Assembly (NCBI GenBank): GCA_951406725.2
Contig: OX597835.1
Coordinates: 22,010,001-22,074,000, forward strand
Length of the DNA: 64,000 nt
DNA from: Octopus vulgaris
Taxonomy: Eukaryota
Direction: 5' to 3'
Shown here one piece after another: positions 40,757 to 52,454 of this stretch. Each line of letters starts with the position of its first letter. Within the stretch, counting starts at the first letter, position 1. A program made the translations under genes and the position numbers. The notes beneath the pieces are model-generated. The model had not been told where the DNA came from. It was given only the letters and a program-made list of their open reading frames with translations, and made no database searches.

Positions 40757-40851
40757 TCTCTGGACTATGCATAGTTTCGGCAAACTTTAGTAAACAAATT
40801 AATTAAATTAAATTAAATTTATTTACAACTGGCGTGCCTCGTCAGCAGAGA
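40757..40851 (-). ncRNA. Second, identical type I hammerhead ribozyme on the minus strand
   Basis: Exact reverse complement of 41175-41269 over 95 nt, by eye. Confidence 0.88.
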
Positions 40852-41174
40852 AGCCAAGGACGAGTATATATCCATGAGGCGATGGTGAGGAAGCCTCAAG
40901 TCTATATGCTATAAATTTTCAAAATCTACCGCAATCGCGCGGTCTTCTCAGCAGTAAATATAAACTGCTGATTTAATTTCAAAATTAGCCAAAAAGTTTT
41001 TTGCTACCCTTATATTTATTAATTAATGATTTTTTGGCTAATTTTGAAATTAAATCAGCAGTTTATATTTACTGCTGAGAAGACCACGCGATTGTGGTAG
41101 ATTTTGAAAATTTATAGCATATAGACTTGAGGCTTCCTTACCATCGCCTCGTGGATATATGTTCGTCCTCGGCT

Positions 41175-41269
41175 TCTCTGCTGACGAGGCACGCCAGTTG
41201 TAAATAAATTTAATTTAATTTAATTAATTTGTTTACTAAAGTTTGCCGAAACTATGCATAGTCCAGAGA
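41175..41269 (+). ncRNA. Type I hammerhead ribozyme (Penelope/retrozyme-type), predicted cleavage after GUC at 41263
   Basis: Stem I TCTCTG/CAGAGA; core CTGACGA; stem II GGCA...TGCC, extended by GTAAATAAATT/AATTTGTTTAC; GAA; stem III formed by the 12-nt palindrome ACTATGCATAGT; C17. All core nucleotides are canonical. Confidence 0.88.
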
Positions 41270-41369
41270 TGAAAGGGGTAAATGTTTTTATTTCTCTTTC
41301 AATTTCAGAATGTCCTATTATGGCCATTCCATATATTTTTGAATGTAATGGAATTTGTATCTTTGTGGT

Positions 41370-41815
41370 ACCAGTGCCAGTGGCACACAAGAAAACCATC
41401 CGAACGTGGCCGTAGCCAGTACCGCATCGACTGGCCTCCATGCTGTGGGCACGTAAGAAACACCATCCGATCGTGGCCGTTCGTCAGCCTCGTCTGGCAC
41501 CTGTGTCGGTGGCACATAAAAACACCATCCGAGCGTGGCCGTTCGCCAGCCTCGTCTGGCACCTGTGTCGGTGGCACATAAAAACACCATCCGAGCGTGG
41601 CCGTTCGCCAGCCTCATCTGGCACCTGTGTCGGTGGCACATAAAATCACCCACTACACTCTCAGAGTGGTTGGCGTTAGGAAGGGCATCCAGCTGTAGAA
41701 ACACTGCCAGATCTGACTGGCCTGGTGCAGCCTTCGGGCTCCCCAGACCCCAGTTGAACCGTCCAACCCATGCTAGCATGGAAAGCGGACGTTAAATGAT
41801 GATGATGATGATGAT
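41370..41815 (+). mobile_element. Representative of the abundant retroposon 3' repeat with internal ~60-bp tandem units and a (GAT)n tail; other copies at ~6130-6352, 24105-24320, 31778-32092, 32440-32622, 38672-39052, 39497-39722, 46340-46672, 48147-48365(-), 57348-57725(-)
   Basis: Shared GTGGCACRTAAAAAGCACC units and the TGGTTGGCATTAGGAAGGGCATCCAGCTGTAGAAAC core. Confidence 0.8.
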
Positions 41816-41896
41816 GTATATTATATAGTCTTTGACCATCTTTTCTTTCTCACTGGACCGCTGGTAGCGGAGAATTTTTTGCTACCCTTATATTTA

Positions 41897-41931
<35 letters not shown>

Positions 41932-43281
41932 CCAGCAGCTATAACAGAATTTTACATCTGCTGGCATGGGTTGGACTGTTTTGTTGAGATGATATTTTAT
42001 TGCCAGCTGTCCTTCCTTCCAGGTATTCTTAAAACTGGGATACTTCCACATCTAGACACCCCTTGTGTGTGTGTGTGTGTGATGTACATGGCTGTAGGTG
42101 TATGTTTATATCTGTACATAAGTGCCTCTGTGTGAGAACATCGGTAAGTGTGTATGTGTAAGTGTTAGTGAGTGAGATGGAGTGTTGGTGAGTCTGTGTG
42201 TGATACACATTAGTCTAAGTATGTATCTCTATATAAATGTATGTGTGTGTGAACATGAGTGTGTTTGTGCATATGTGTGAATGTGTATGTGATATGTATG
42301 AGAGTAGGTATATATTTCTTTCTCTATATAAGTGTGTGTGTATATGTGTGTGAAAGAGTGAGAAAGAGAAGAGAATATTGGAGAGTGATCTATGTGTGTA
42401 AACAATTACATAAAAACCAATTAGTGAGAGGCTAATTATATTAAAAGATCATAAAACGATGTTGCAATTAACAGAAGAAATGTACAACATCGTTTAATTG
42501 TTGAATCAGAAGTAAAACACATTAACAAATATTATGAAGAATGTCTCTGTTAATTAACAGAAGAAAATTAAATACCAGTGCTACTGTGTTACTCTATGAG
42601 TGATATAAGTGACTAATTAGATAATTAGTGAACAGATCAAAGATACACTGGATTTTCGATCATAGACAGTATAACATTTCTATATTCATTTCTTGACTAC
42701 CCACAAGGGGCTAAAAACACAGAGGGGACAAACAAGGACAGACAATGGGATTAAGTCGATTACATCGACTCCAGTACATAACTGGTACTTAATTTATTGA
42801 CCCCGAAAGGATGAAAGGCAAAGTCGACCTCGGCGGAATTTGAACTCGGGATGTAACGACAGACGAAATACGGCTACGCATTTCGCCCGGCTTGCTAACG
42901 TTTCCGCCAGCTTGCCGCCTTTAACATTTCTATATTGTTAAGGATTATGCTTATGGTTAAGTTGTGTATAAGGAAATCTCTGGCCATCCTTAGGTCCCTT
43001 TTTGCAACCATAAGTCTTCTACATTTATAGAAAGTATATAGAAGTAAAACTAGATGTGGTAAATAGTATTTAGTTTTACTGGGTTTTGAAACTGGATGGT
43101 AAAAATTCCTATGATTAGCACCCACCTACATGTTTAGCAATGGATTAAAATTATTATTTTTTTTTTTGTGTGTGTGTATGTTAGAAAATTTGGGTTGGTC
43201 ATGTGATAGATTATTATCTTTAAATTAGGTATGGAGCCATTTTGTAACTTTTGTGAACGACTATTTGTTGAGATTCCTGTT

Positions 43282-43365
43282 CATCCTGATGAGGTGGCCA
43301 TTGCCGAGATACACCTTAACTCATAATCAAACCATGGCAGTGAACTCCCGAAATGGCCAAAGATG
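43282..43365 (+). ncRNA. Degenerate type I hammerhead-like motif
   Basis: CATC-CTGATGA-(long stem II including CATTGCC/GGCAGTG)-GAAA-TGGCCA-AA-GATG. Stem III is palindromic, but position 16.1 is A instead of U. Confidence 0.5.
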
Positions 43366-44016
43366 TGTTTTGACTTGATTTTGTGGAATTCTCTTGATTA
43401 GGTCACATGAGTGCAGTGTTAAGTTCTAAGTGCACCAAATCTGCAATCAGGTTTTTGAAGTTCATTGGAACTGCATTCTTCAACTTTTGTCCCTTTGATC
43501 GCTACCTGGAGTTCTTGGATGTCTTGCTTAAAGATAACCATTGTCTATTCTCTTTGTTGCTAATATTCAAGAGGCCGAAATTCTGGTTTGAGGAATATGT
43601 CCTCTGTTCTGTTTTGGAAGAATGCCAGCACTGCATGACTGGCACGTAAAAGGCACCATGATTTTTATGAAATGAACTTTTTTGACATATTTTTGAGGGG
43701 AGTAAAAACATTTTTTTAGTCGATTGATATTTTTATTTATATTTTTAGTCACATGACACGCTTTAGTAATTCATTTGGATTGCTTCATTTTTAGTTGATT
43801 GTATATACCTTCTCGATGGGACGTTCTATATATTTGTATTTTCATTTGCATATATATTTTTCACCTTCTGTGTTTTTTTTATATATGTATTCATTTTATA
43901 TGATGAAGGCCATGGAAATATTTATATCTGATCAAATGTAGGGACGCGTAGTGTTCTATAAAGTCGGTGACTTGAATTTGCTGTTTGTTCTATAATCAAT
44001 GTTTTATATGTGTGTG

Positions 44017-44091
<75 letters not shown>

Positions 44092-44384
44092 AAAGAGAGA
44101 GAGTATACAGATAATGGAGAAATATTGATCAACAACAATTGACTGAGATTAATTATTATTTTTTAATTCAATACAAATAGACTGCATCCCATCTAACAGC
44201 TGTTTCCTCTTCGTGTGTTACATGGTATTGCCACTGATATTCTAAAAATAATATTCATCATATTTGGTAATAAATCTGATCTGAAGCATGGAGCTTCATC
44301 AGAGTGTGTACACCAGCATGGCCACAGTCAAATGACTGAAACAAGTAAAAGATATGTATGTATGTATATATATATATGTGTTAG

Positions 44385-44705
44385 TTAGTTAGTTAATTTT
44401 TTGGCTCAAAAAGCAAAAAAGCAAGGCCATGTAGGGGGACATGGAGTTATGTACAGGGTGGTGTTCATGTAAAGAGTTCAGGCCACTTGTGGTCAAGAGA
44501 GACTTTGAACCGAGCGGTCGTCGGCATCTTCACCATCTCGTCCGGCAGCTTATTCCACGGATCCGCAACCCGGACGGAGAAAGCCCCTCTCCGATTGAGA
44601 TGAAATCGTCGCAGATAGAGCTTTTCGGAATGAACCCACAGCCGACGCTCTGGAGCAGGAGTGAAGAACAGCTCCTTCAAGAGGTTACACTTTCCGCTTA
44701 TGATG
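44385..44705 (-). mobile_element. CR1/L2-group LINE 3' end with a (TAAC)n tail; a second copy lies on the plus strand at ~61213-61532
   Basis: HSEKLYLRRFHLNRRGAFSVRVADPWNKLPDEMV...FKVSLD. Confidence 0.75.
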
Positions 44706-45679
44706 TTGTGAGCAAGTATATATGTATATATATATATATATATATATCTTCTTTTACTTGTTTCAATCATTTAACTGTGGCCATGCTGGAGCACTGCTTT
44801 AGAGGGATTCTTTTAGTCAAAGAAATCGACCCCAGGACTTTTACTTTGTAAGCCTATTACTCATTCCATCTGTCTCTTTTACTGAGCCACTAAGTTACAG
44901 GGACGTAAATACACCAACATCAGTTATCAAGCAATGTGGGGGTGACAAACACAGACATAAAAACACACACACACACACACGCGCGCGCGCGAACACTCAC
45001 GCATGCACACACACACTCACACACACATATACGACAATCTTCATTTCAGTTTCCACCTACCAAATCCACTCGCAAGGCTTTGGTATAACATACACACACA
45101 CACACGACAGGAGGTATTAGTTGATCCAAAGTTCCAGAGCTATAGAAGAAGACCTTTGCCCAAAATGCTGTGCAATGTAGCTTCACCCAAAACCACATTG
45201 TTTTGCAAGGCAAGTTTCTGAACCACACACCCACGCTTGCACCTATGTGTACACCACCAATTATACAGCCAAACCTCTTATACACACACACACACACACA
45301 CACAAGTAGTACAACAAAGCTTACCCTATTTGCACCGAAACATACAGCAAATACTGTGCCACGCAGGTCATGTTTATTCATTGTGCACATGACGTCTCAG
45401 TTTTCATTATTTTCTTGACAAATCTAATTTGCTCCTCGTTAACAAATACACATTTTGTCGCTTCTCAGTTATGCTAAATAATACACATTTGTGTGTATTT
45501 AAATTGGTAATTTAGTCAACAAAACATTAGACACGGGATACCTTTTTGATTAGTTAAGGCGTCCAGGTTTTTGACAAAGACCACAATAGCAGTAACAATA
45601 ACATTTGCTTTCATCGTTTTCGTATGAATTCATGTTTTCTTTTTTTTTCAGGTATTGTCATGCTTCTTGATTTACACTA

Positions 45680-45851
45680 CACACACACACACACATATAT
45701 ATATATGTATATACATATACATTATATATGTATAATTTATATACATACATACATATGTATGAATGTATGTATGTATATGTATATATATATGTATATATAT
45801 ATATATATATAAACATATATATGCATATATAGACATATATATATATATGTG

Positions 45852-45904
<53 letters not shown>

Positions 45905-46086
45905 ATATGTATCTATGTATATATATATACACACACACACATATATACATATACATGTCTTGCAAACAACTTGCGCATGCAAGTGCTACTAGTTAAAAGC
46001 TCCATATACCTTTTAACATATATATGCATATATATATATACCTACATGCATACATATATATATATATATGTATACATATACACACA

Positions 46087-46118
<32 letters not shown>

Positions 46119-46241
46119 CACACACACACATACATATACATATATATGCATATATATACATACATATGTATCTATGTATATATATATATATATATATATG
46201 TATCTGTGTGTGTGTGTGTGTATGTGTGTATACATACATAC

Positions 46242-46275
<34 letters not shown>
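45680..46275. repeat. Compound (TA)n/(CA)n/(TG)n microsatellite
   Basis: Seen directly; source of several spurious ORFs. Confidence 0.95.
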
Positions 46276-46668
46276 CGAATAAACATTGTCGAATAAACTA
46301 TACTTGAGAAGACAGACCTGTTGGAGTCAAGAGCAATCATTGTCGTGGCCGATGCCAGCACTGCATGACTGGCGCGTAAAAGGCACCATTCAAGTGTCAT
46401 CGATGCCAGTGCCATCTGACTGGCTCCCATGCTGGTGACATGTAAAAAGCACCATCGAGTGTGGTCGTTGCCAGTACCAATGCCGGTGGCACGTAAAAAG
46501 CACCCGCTACACTCTCGGAGTGGTTGGCATTCGGAAAGGCATCCAGCTGAAGAAACTTTGCCAGATTGGAGCTTGGTGCAAGCTTCTGGCTTGCCAGTCG
46601 TCAGTCGAACCATCCAACCCATGCCAGCACGGAAAGCGGACGTTAAACGATGATGATGATGATGATGA

Positions 46669-46723
<55 letters not shown>

Positions 46724-47150
46724 GTATGTATGTATGTATGTATGTATACATACATACATCTGTATTTATGTATATGTATGAATTTACCTGTTCAACAGGC
46801 ACTGCCATTGCCCCGAATAACCTTAATTCCCCCCCTCAATTTGATCTCAACCACCACCACCATACCACCAACAACAACAACACTTCACTTAAAAAATGTT
46901 GACTAGTAAGTTACTAATTGGCAATTAATATATTTATGTATTTATCTGCCAGCTTTAACTTCACTCTTTGTCATAATAAAAAGTTAAGTATAATGAACAA
47001 ACCTTTTGAAGTTGTGGCTGTAAATAAAATGCTTAAGGTGGGAGTTTGTAAAAAGATTTCCATTCGTTTTTTTACAGATTTTGACCTTTAAAAATGGAAC
47101 ATTGTAAATATGCAAAGCTTTTTCATCTTTTAAGATCAAAACAAATATAC

Positions 47151-47187
<37 letters not shown>

Positions 47188-47286
47188 AAGTTAATCCAAA
47201 CAAGAAAACACAGAAAAAAACACAGCAACGCGAGGACGTGGAACAATTAAAGTATTATTTGACACTCAGGAAAGAAGGGAAGGAGG

Positions 47287-47507
47287 GTTTAACGTTTCGA
47301 GCGGAGCTCTTCGTCGGAAACAAAGGAGAAGGGAAGACAGAGGAAAAAAATATTTTTGCTGGTGGTTCTCAAGAGATCACATGTTATATATATATATCAT
47401 GTTGATTCGTTAGCTCCTGCACGCATTTTTTTTCTCTCCTTGTTTCTCTCCGTGTTTCTTTTCTGTGTATCTTTCTGTTGAAGAGCATAGGCTCGAAACG
47501 TAAAAGA
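47287..47507. ncRNA. Two divergent minimal hammerhead-like motifs (minus 47287-47321; plus 47470-47507) in a Penelope-like remnant
   Basis: Plus: TCTTT-CTGTTGA-A-GAGC ATAG GCTC-GAAA-CG-TA-AAAGA. Minus: GTTT-CCGACGA-A-GAGC TCC GCTC-GAAA-CG-TT-AAAC. Each has one substitution in the CUGANGA box. Confidence 0.55.
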
Positions 47508-47874
47508 CCTGTTTTATTTCCATTCCTGAGTGCCATACTAATACAATTGTTTGTTTGTACTCCACCTGCCTTCGTCTTTTGTTTATTTTCGTAAAGCTTC
47601 CTGTTATATATATATACATAGATAGATAGATAGATAGATAGATAAGTAGACAGATAGATAGATAAACGGACAGACAGATAGACTGATAGATAGATAGAGA
47701 GATACATACATAGGTGCAGGAGTGACTGTGTGGTAAGTAGCTTGCTTACCAACCACATGGTTCTGGGTTCAGTTCCACTCTGTGGCACCTTGGGCAAGTG
47801 CCTTCTACTATAGCCTCAGGCTGACCAAAGCCTTGTGAATGGATTTGGTAAACAGAAACTGAAAGAAGCCTGTC

Positions 47875-47911
<37 letters not shown>

Positions 47912-48404
47912 TGTACATTTGTGTGTCTGTGTTTGTCCCCCCAACATCGCTTGACAACCGATGCTGGTGTGTTTATGTCCCCGTAACTTAGCAGTTTGGC
48001 AAAAGGACCAATAGAATAAGTACTAGGCTTACAAAGAATAAGTCCTGGGGTCGATTTGCTCAACTAAAGGCGGTGCTCCAGCATGGCCACAGTCAAATGA
48101 CTGAAACAAATAAAAAAATAGAAGAATACACACACACACACATATATCATCATCATCGTTTAACATCTACTTTCCATGCTAGCATGGGTTGGATGGTTTG
48201 ACTGAGGGCTGGCGAACCAGATGGCTGCACCAGGCTCCAATCCAATCTGGCAGAGTTTCTACAGCTGGATGCCTTTCCTAATGCCAATCACTCCATGAGT
48301 GTAGTGGATGCTATTTATGTGTCACCAGCATGGGTACCAGTCAGGCAGTACTGGCATCGGCCACGACAATTTCACTTGACTCATCATGTCTTCTCGAGGA
48401 GTAT

Positions 48405-48750
48405 CAATATATTCCAGGCTGGGGTGTTCGGTGGCCAGATGTTAAGGGTAATGTGGTAGCAGAAATTGTCTGGCAACTATGACTGGCTTCTCCTGATTGT
48501 GTGGCATGGTGTAGAGTCCTGCTGCCAGACATAAGGTCTTCCAACAGCCAACCTCTTGACCCAGGGCAGCACTACCTCCTCCAGGCACTTGATGCAGGCC
48601 TCCATGTTGAGTCTGAGATCGTGTTTGAAGATGAATGAGGGAATAACATTGCCATCACTAGAGATCACTCCAAACACCGTGATGTTGACTGGATGTTTCA
48701 GTATGTTTTTGGAGACACGGCAAAAGAATGGTCGTTGAGTGTTCACCATC
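48405..48750 (-). mobile_element. Tc1/mariner-superfamily transposase fragment
   Basis: KHPVNITVFGVISSDG..LEEVVLPWVK..RPYVWQQDSTPCHT, followed downstream by a WPPNTP-like motif. Confidence 0.75.
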
Positions 48751-51029
48751 TGTTTGTATTGGAGCTTCTGGCATGAATACCAAGCAGTACAGCGTATCAT
48801 TTCTAAATTTCTGGCAGAGTAAATTACATCATGATGCTGTTTTTCTCACAGACGGTGCCCAACTGACCCTACTATACTGTGTAGTCAACAAAATCAAAAA
48901 CAAACAATGCACATGTGCAAAATTTAAAATATAAAATGGCAACAATTTTCCCATCATATACGCTTGTCAGGCTTCTTTCAGTTTCTGTCTACGAAATCCA
49001 CTCATAAGGCTTTGGTCTGCCTCAAGGCTATAATAGAAAATACTTGCCCAAGGTGCCACACAGTGAGACTGAACCCAGAACCATGTGGTTAGGAAACAAG
49101 CTTCTTGCCACACAGCCACACCTGCACAACATCGAATGGCTATGAGAATTCACTGGAGTTCAATAATAAATCAAAGGAGTCCATAGATAAAAAATGGTTG
49201 AGGACCCCTGATCTGAATAAAGGGCTCCATCACAAACTTCAAATGGACTTGGTTTTGATATGGGTACCAACATGCAACCTAATCAAAATTTCCAAACACT
49301 CATTTAACCAATTCTAAAAAGTCATGACATTTAGACCAACATCAATATGTATACCACCTTGAAAATTAATATTCAGAATTCTCTTTATTAACCTTTAAGG
49401 TAAGCTAATTAATATTTCAGCATGTCATAAAAGTCGCGAGCTGGCAGAAATGCTAGTATGCTGGGTGAAATGCTTAGTGGTATTTTGTGTGTCTTTACAT
49501 TCTGAGTTCAAATTCCACCGAGGTCAACTTTGCATTTTTTCCTTTTTGGTGGTTGATAAATTAAATAACAGTTGTGTACTGGGTCAATCTAATTAGCTGA
49601 CCCCCCACCTTCAAAATTTTGGGCCTTGTGCCTAGAGTAGAAAAGAATATTTCAGCATGTCATAAAGGTGGCAAGCTGGAAGAATCATTAGCATGGTCTG
49701 AGTTCAAATTCCACCAAGGCTGATTTTGCTTTTCATTCTTTTGCGGGATCAATAAAATAAGTACCAGCTAAACACTGGGGTCGATGTAATCAACTTAAAC
49801 CCTCTCCAGATCTTGTGCCTTTGTGACAAAATTTGAAACCAATATTTTAGTACATCGCCTTGGTCATAAAGAAATAATGGAAATCAATATTTCAAAATTG
49901 ACTTTTTTATTGTTTTTCTTTTAGGTCTTTTATTTGACTTATTGATGAATTCTGGTTCTTTCTTCTTTATTTGTTTCAGTTATTTGGCTGTGGCCATGCT
50001 GGAGCATCACTTTTAGTCAAACAAATCAACTCTAGGAATTATTCTTTGTAAGCCTAGTACTTATTCTATTGGTCTTTCTGCTAAACTGCTAAGTTACAGG
50101 GATGTGTGTATGGGGTGACAAATACAGGCACACAAACATATACACACATATATATATATCTAATATATAAAATAGAGATGTGTGTGTATTCACTTTTCAC
50201 ATGAAAATAGCCTCACCAATTGCTTCCATCATTGTGATGCAAGAATAATTTGACCTCAGATACATGTTAGGCTCCCTCTGCTAGTATACAATATATATAC
50301 GATGGGCTTCTTGCAGTTTCCGTCCACCAGATCCACTCACAAGGCTTTGGTCGGCTTGAGGCTATAGTAGAAGACACATGCCTGTGGTGCCATGCAGTGG
50401 GACTGAACCCAGAACCATTAGACTTTCAGAAAATTGCTTGTTGACAATTCTCATATTTGTAGGGTTATGTAGAATTATTTCACTAGTTTCAATGATTTGA
50501 CAGTGGCCATGCTGGAGCACCATGTTTTTAGTTAATCATAAAGTTCGTGTACATGAATGTGTGCGTGTTTTATGAAAGAAAAGAACATATTGAAGACAGT
50601 TATCAGAGATATTAACTATAGAAAGTTGGGATGGTCATGGCAAGATTGTATTTGATCATTAATCTGATTTAGACTAAAAAACTGCAGGTCAGTATTTGGG
50701 AGACAAAATATCAGGCATGTATTGCTGTTTAGCCCCAGGTCAGTCCTTATCGAGCCGATCTATGATCAAAAGCATTCCAACCGTGACCTTCTCATCTTTT
50801 TTCCTTTCTGAAGGAAACCTAGAAATCTACTAAACAAATTCCATCTGAGGCATCGTATGCTTGGAAAAAATGATGTTGAAAGCAGAGACACATTGCTAGA
50901 ACTAAGATGATGGCAAAACTAACACCAAACGTGTCATTTACAAATAGTCTTTTACTAGTCTCAGACCATCAGCTGTGAATGCGCTGAAGACTGGTTACCA
51001 TTGGTGCTGGTGCTTTTATTTGGCTCTTT

Positions 51030-51500
51030 AAATAATAATAATAAAACATTGTGTACAGTGCTCAGGTGCACTACAACTCATCTAAAGTGTATGTATAATC
51101 AGGTGTAGTTTCGGCAGATTTCGGAAAGCATGAGGGCCTTAAAGGTTGCAGTGTCATGGCAGTCAACAACTGACGCAGGCAGTTTATTCCATGCTTCAGC
51201 AACTCTGAGCGTGAAAAAATGTTTCCGAAAGTCATGGGAGCTGTGTTGTTTTCTGACTTTGTAGGCATGTCCACATGTGTTAGACACATGGAGATCAAAA
51301 AGGTGTTCAGAGTTGTTGTTGGTGAGGTGGTTGATAACTTTGTGGGTGTTTACCAAGTACGGCGCCAGACGCCGGAGCTTCTGTGAATCCATGCCCAGGG
51401 AAACAAGGCGCTCAGAATATGGTAGGTGTCTGATGGAGGGTATGCGTTTGGTTGCACGTCTCTGGACAGATTCCAGGAGGTCAATGTTCTGAGCAAGATA
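51030..51500 (-). mobile_element. CR1/L2-group LINE 3' end; a related plus-strand copy lies at ~55478-55965
   Basis: LPYSERLVSLGMDS.KLRRLA...GHAYKVRKQHSSHDFRKHFFTLRVAEAWNKLPASVV, with an (ATT)n tail. Confidence 0.75.
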
Positions 51501-52395
51501 GGTCTAAGCAGCAGAGAATGTCCTAATTAGGTGCTCGTAGTCTTCTTCCTGCAGCTTTTCTCATGGCTGGTCCTTCCTATGTTTGGCAAGCAAGATCTGT
51601 AAGCAAGGAAGGTGCTGCAGGGCTGTGGTACGTCGTCCTTCTCTCTTTGGCATTTTGCTATGAGGGCCAGGATGTTTTTCTTTCTGGAGCCGTTTAACTC
51701 CTAAAAGCTTCTTATTTATGTTTACGTAAAAATAAATGAGTAAAAAAAAAAAAAAAATAACAAAATCCAATTAACAACAAGATAAAAAAAAATTTATTTT
51801 GTTTCTGTTTGTTTTTTGTGTTTTTTTGTATCTGCAATAAATTTGATTATTTTTATACAAATAAGCTTTGATGATATATAAACATTTATACAACATAAGG
51901 GATTGGTTTTTGTGATTGCGTCTTTGGTGATAAATATATATAAACATACAACATAGAGACTTCATTTTGTTTTTGCAATTTATATATAATAATTTCATTG
52001 TAGACTAGTTTATATTTAACAAATTCATTTTATAATAATAAACAATTGTATTAATCTTGAAAACAAAAAAAAAATGGAAAAAAAAAATTATGATAAAAAA
52101 AATATGTAAGGAATGTCTTCAGCATATAAATTCTTTGCTTTTTTTTGTTCCTTTTAAATAACAAAATGCAACTGCCATATTTCAACTTGAAATAGAAAAA
52201 TAAGGAAAAATTGAAAATAAAATAAAATCTAAAAAAAAAAAAAATGTTTAATTGCAGACATGACTCGTTAAGGTCATTTAATTTTGAAAGACATTCTTCA
52301 AGTTGATGGAAGTTCATGGCTAAGGGAAAACACTGGATTCTTAGCAAATAGATTTACACACACGAGTGATATATGAGTGATTATATGCATTATAT

Positions 52396-52454
<59 letters not shown>

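Larger units (their letters stand above)
40633..41344. repeat. Long inverted repeat (arms 40633-40995 and 41031-41344, ~35-bp spacer) carrying the two hammerheads; probable Penelope-like pLTR or retrozyme
   Basis: The arms are reverse complements apart from ~8 substitutions and a ~50-bp segment present only in the left arm, bounded by ATTC microhomology. Confidence 0.9.

Noticed and set aside
41380-41650. Regularly spaced ~60-bp repeats resembling a CRISPR array
   Set aside because: The units are whole tandem copies without unique spacers, part of a retroposon 3' region, in a eukaryotic context with no cas genes.
43407-43649. 80-aa ORF duplicated at ~37 kb as a small gene
   Set aside because: No recognisable homology or splice context; the other copy is transposon-interrupted and the 3' end runs into a retroposon fragment.
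51520-51710. AG acceptor plus open frame on the minus strand as a candidate SNAPIN terminal exon
   Set aside because: No similarity to SNAPIN; the true last exon is at 55316-55408.
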